A stretch of DNA of 64,000 bases from the human T2T-CHM13v2.0 reference genome, Homo sapiens. The DNA lies in NCBI RefSeq assembly GCF_009914755.1, contig NC_060925.1. One strand, given 5' to 3'. Below the pieces are notes generated by a model, which saw nothing but the letters and a program-made list of their open reading frames with translations, was not told the DNA's origin and made no database searches. Shown piece after piece: positions 60,868-64,000 of the stretch (positions are counted from its first letter, which is position 1; every line of letters starts with the position of its first letter). Made by a program: the position numbers and the translations under genes.

Positions 60868-63800
60868 ACAATGAGAACACATGGACACAGGAAGGGGAAC
60901 ATCACACTCTGGGGACTGTTGTGGGGTGGGGGGATGGGGGAGGGATAGCATTAGGAGATATAGCTAATGCTAAATGACGAGTTAATGGGTGCAGCACACC
61001 AGCATGGCACATGTATACATATGTAACTAACCTGAACATTGTGCACAGGTACCCTAAATCTTAAAGTATAATAATAATAAAAAAAAGAAAAAAAAAAAAG
61101 AAAATGTGGCACATATACACCATGGAATACTTTGCAGCCATAAAAAAGGATGAGTTCATGTCGTTTGCAGGGACATGGATGAAGCTGGAAACCTTCATTC
61201 TCAGCAAACTAACACAACAACAGAAAACCAAACACTGTATGTTCTTACTCATAAGAGGGAGTTGAACAATAATATTTTTATTATTTAAAATCATTGTGTC
61301 CATGAAGCTGTAATTCCCAATTAAGTATTACTTCCCTTCTCTTAGGAAACTATCAGTGGGATTTGGGTGTGTGAAGGAGAATTTCCCATCTATTGGCTAA
61401 GCAAGCCGAGTTATTTAAAGGGAGATCTGATGCACTCTGGGGGGATAGGCCAGCCTCCATCGGTTAGTCAGGAGTGAGCAGAAAGGCTGTCGGGAGCTGA
61501 GAATTCACAAGCCTGCTCTCAGATGCGCGCCTACTGGTAGGAAGTCTGAAACAATGTCCTGGAAAGAAATTTGGTGCAAATCCAGTTTTGCATATTTACT
61601 AAGTCTGACACCTCAGAGTTTTTAAAGAGGTTTTATTAGCTGTATATATAAGTGGTCTTCCCCTATCGTGTATTTTTCTTAAGAGATTAAAAATGATGGC
61701 AGGAAGTGAATCACCCTGGAACTTCACTATTCCTTCTGAATTCAGGACTGTCCCAGTCATAACTGATGTTTTTAGGTCGGCTTTGCAGATTGAAACCACT
61801 TTACAATGAAGTCCTTTTGAAACTTCAGAAATTCCTCTTGGACAAACTCTGAAAGTGAATTTTTCTCTGTGTCAAATAACAGGAGAAAAAGTCTCTGCGT
61901 TATTGTAGGAGAAGAAGAGGAATAGCCACAGACCTGCATACATATTTATTAAAGTGCTGATGACCCCTCATATGCATTTTTTCAGCAGTCTAATAATACA
62001 AGACTTAAAATGCTTGGTACTTAGCCCCCAACACATAACTTTGTTCTTAGCATTTTCAGCAAAACTTAGAAGAGCTACATGGCCAATTCTGAAGAGTCTT
62101 AGTTTTTCTTCAATGAAGTGCTTTCAGGGATCTAAACATAAATTGCTGCCACACAGAGTAGTGAAGGGAATTATAAAGCATTTACATTTCACCATTCATG
62201 ACTGTTACGCCTCTCTCAGAATAGACAGTTGGGAAATGATTGAATGAAACAAGAAATGGCCAAGCCACACCACGTCCTCCGCTTGTGTGTTTCTTGTATT
62301 TAAGGATTAAGGCCTCCTACCCTGTGACATCATTGTTGCCACTACAAACAGAACCATCTGCCATCGAGTGGGGAAGCCAGTCATTCCCTAATGTGCAAAA
62401 ATACTTGGTTGAACTCCTGAAACTTATTTGGTAGATCAAAAGCTGCACTGCTGTGGAATGCAATAAACTCCATCTGTTTGAAGTATTTTCAGCAATATTG
62501 CACTACTTGGGAGAACCAGGGTCCCATTATTCTCTAAAATAAGACTTTTATTCCCGGTAAAATTCCCAGTGGGGATCTTTATTGCCTTATTGAACAGTTG
62601 GCATCATTTTTAAAAAGGACTCTTTTTTTCCCTTCATTCGTTCTTATGCCATTATTTATGTCTCAGATAAGCCAGGGTGTTAACGGTTATATCACGGCAA
62701 CTCACAATGCCAAGAAACTTCTCTTCACTATTTTATCAGTGTCTTTAAATTTATGTTTTCTTTATTAAATATGATGGTCCCTGGATTAGGCATTTCCCTA
62801 GAGTCACGAATTGGCATTGTTTTCCAGAAAACACACTCTCCTGGGATCATTACCTTTCCGCTCTCCAGAAAATATCTGTATATATTATTTCCCCCTTCAC
62901 ATCCTCAACTTAAAACTAAATGCCAAATCTACAGCCAGACCTGTGACTCCGCCCTGTTCTAGGTCTCCACAGATGCACACACTTTACTCACAGCTCTCTT
63001 CCACCCTGTGTCTCAGCGAGAAATTCCTTCTGGGCCCCTTGTGAGAAGAGTTCAGATCTGTTCCCGGCCCATATCCCATCACGTCTCCCCCACAGGATCT
63101 GACCTTGTGAGGACTTGGGCTGCCCCGGGAGTAATGAATCACCGTCTTATTTTTTTAGGCCATATGTGAGTTAAATTGTTTGATATAAATCATACTCTTG
63201 CAGCTCAGGGTTGAAACAGGAGAGCCATTTGCCCTGCCGCCTGCTGCTGGCGGTTCTGTGTCTTTACCCAGAGTGTCGCTTTTAGAAATGACTACATTTT
63301 TGTGACTAACCTTTCCAGACCCATTTCTTGAGTGTGGACTCATGTTTGTTTTGGCAGCATCCCCACTATACAGTCCTTGCTTCCCATGCCAACCTAAGGC
63401 AAAACTCATAATTTACAAAATAAAGGAATGGTCCAGATGGAGGTCGTAACTTGGTCTGCTTACCCTGTCTCCCTAGAACCACCCACTCCTTTCCTCTGCT
63501 CTCTTTTCCTTCTTTTTTTTTTTTTCCACCTTCTTTGAAACCAAGGATGCAGTGTTTGTTTAAAAATGCACTGGCTGATGAAATTTTCCACTGCTTGGCA
63601 TGTTGGAGGAGGAGCTGTCAGGAAAGGGCAAGCCGGCACACAAAATGCTCTGCCTTTCACGCTAACAGTTCACTTATTACTGATTCAAACCAATTCTTTC
63701 TGGCCACGTTCCCATACCCCAGGTATTCCAAATAGAAAGAAAGGGGGCAACTGTTCTAAGTTTCTGCTGTTATAAATGTATGATTTCATGTAACCTATGT

Positions 63801-64000
63801 GGATTCTTTGACTTGTCCATGAGCTCTGGATGCTGTATGTGTATGTATGAGATGTCAGTGAATAGTTAAATCATTTGTTTTGATTTCACTCTAGCAAGAA
63901 AAACCTCATTTTATTTTTTTTAATATCCAGAGAAAGTAGAAGAAAAAACCCTCATAATTTTAAAATAAATTTCTGTTTAACATATTTCTCTTTCTTTTCC

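Noticed and set aside
60920-60945. G-quadruplex-like G-runs (also ~48563-48583)
   Set aside because: Standard feature of primate L1 3'UTRs, not locus-specific.
61097-61270. 3' transduction or tandem duplication of the L1PA3 tail
   Set aside because: It follows a perfect TSD and continues the older L1 arm from 54936, with different diagnostic bases.
61520-61542. CTCF-like CCTACCAGTAGGCGC on the minus strand
   Set aside because: Several mismatches at informative core positions.

Overview
Primate (very probably human or great-ape) genomic DNA, almost entirely intronic. The only host coding sequence is one 112-nt + strand exon (49418-49529, (R)[37 protein letters not shown]). It encodes the C-terminal PH-domain segment of a classical dynamin, which I recognise as DNM3. 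The rest is layered transposon sequence: two full-length, ORF-dead, sense-oriented LINE-1s with TSDs flanking the exon (L1PA5-like 42595-48735; L1PA3-like 54937-61096, nested in an older 5'-inverted L1), a second twin-primed L1, old L1M/L2/L3/MIR remnants, Alus, a THE1 LTR, MER30, MER81-like, Charlie-like pieces and a centrally deleted MADE1. I see no new self-contained gene system. The best leads are RNA-processing features: (i) a (UG)20-guarded 26-nt candidate cryptic poison exon (17277-17302), (ii) inverted L1 3' ends that could loop out the exon, with competing partners, (iii) an in-frame cryptic acceptor upstream of a T14 tract, (iv) a frameshift-extended 112-aa L1 ORF0, and (v) a probable acceptor at the window's right edge. 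Repeat subfamily names come from remembered consensus sequences, not a search, and old-repeat boundaries are approximate.
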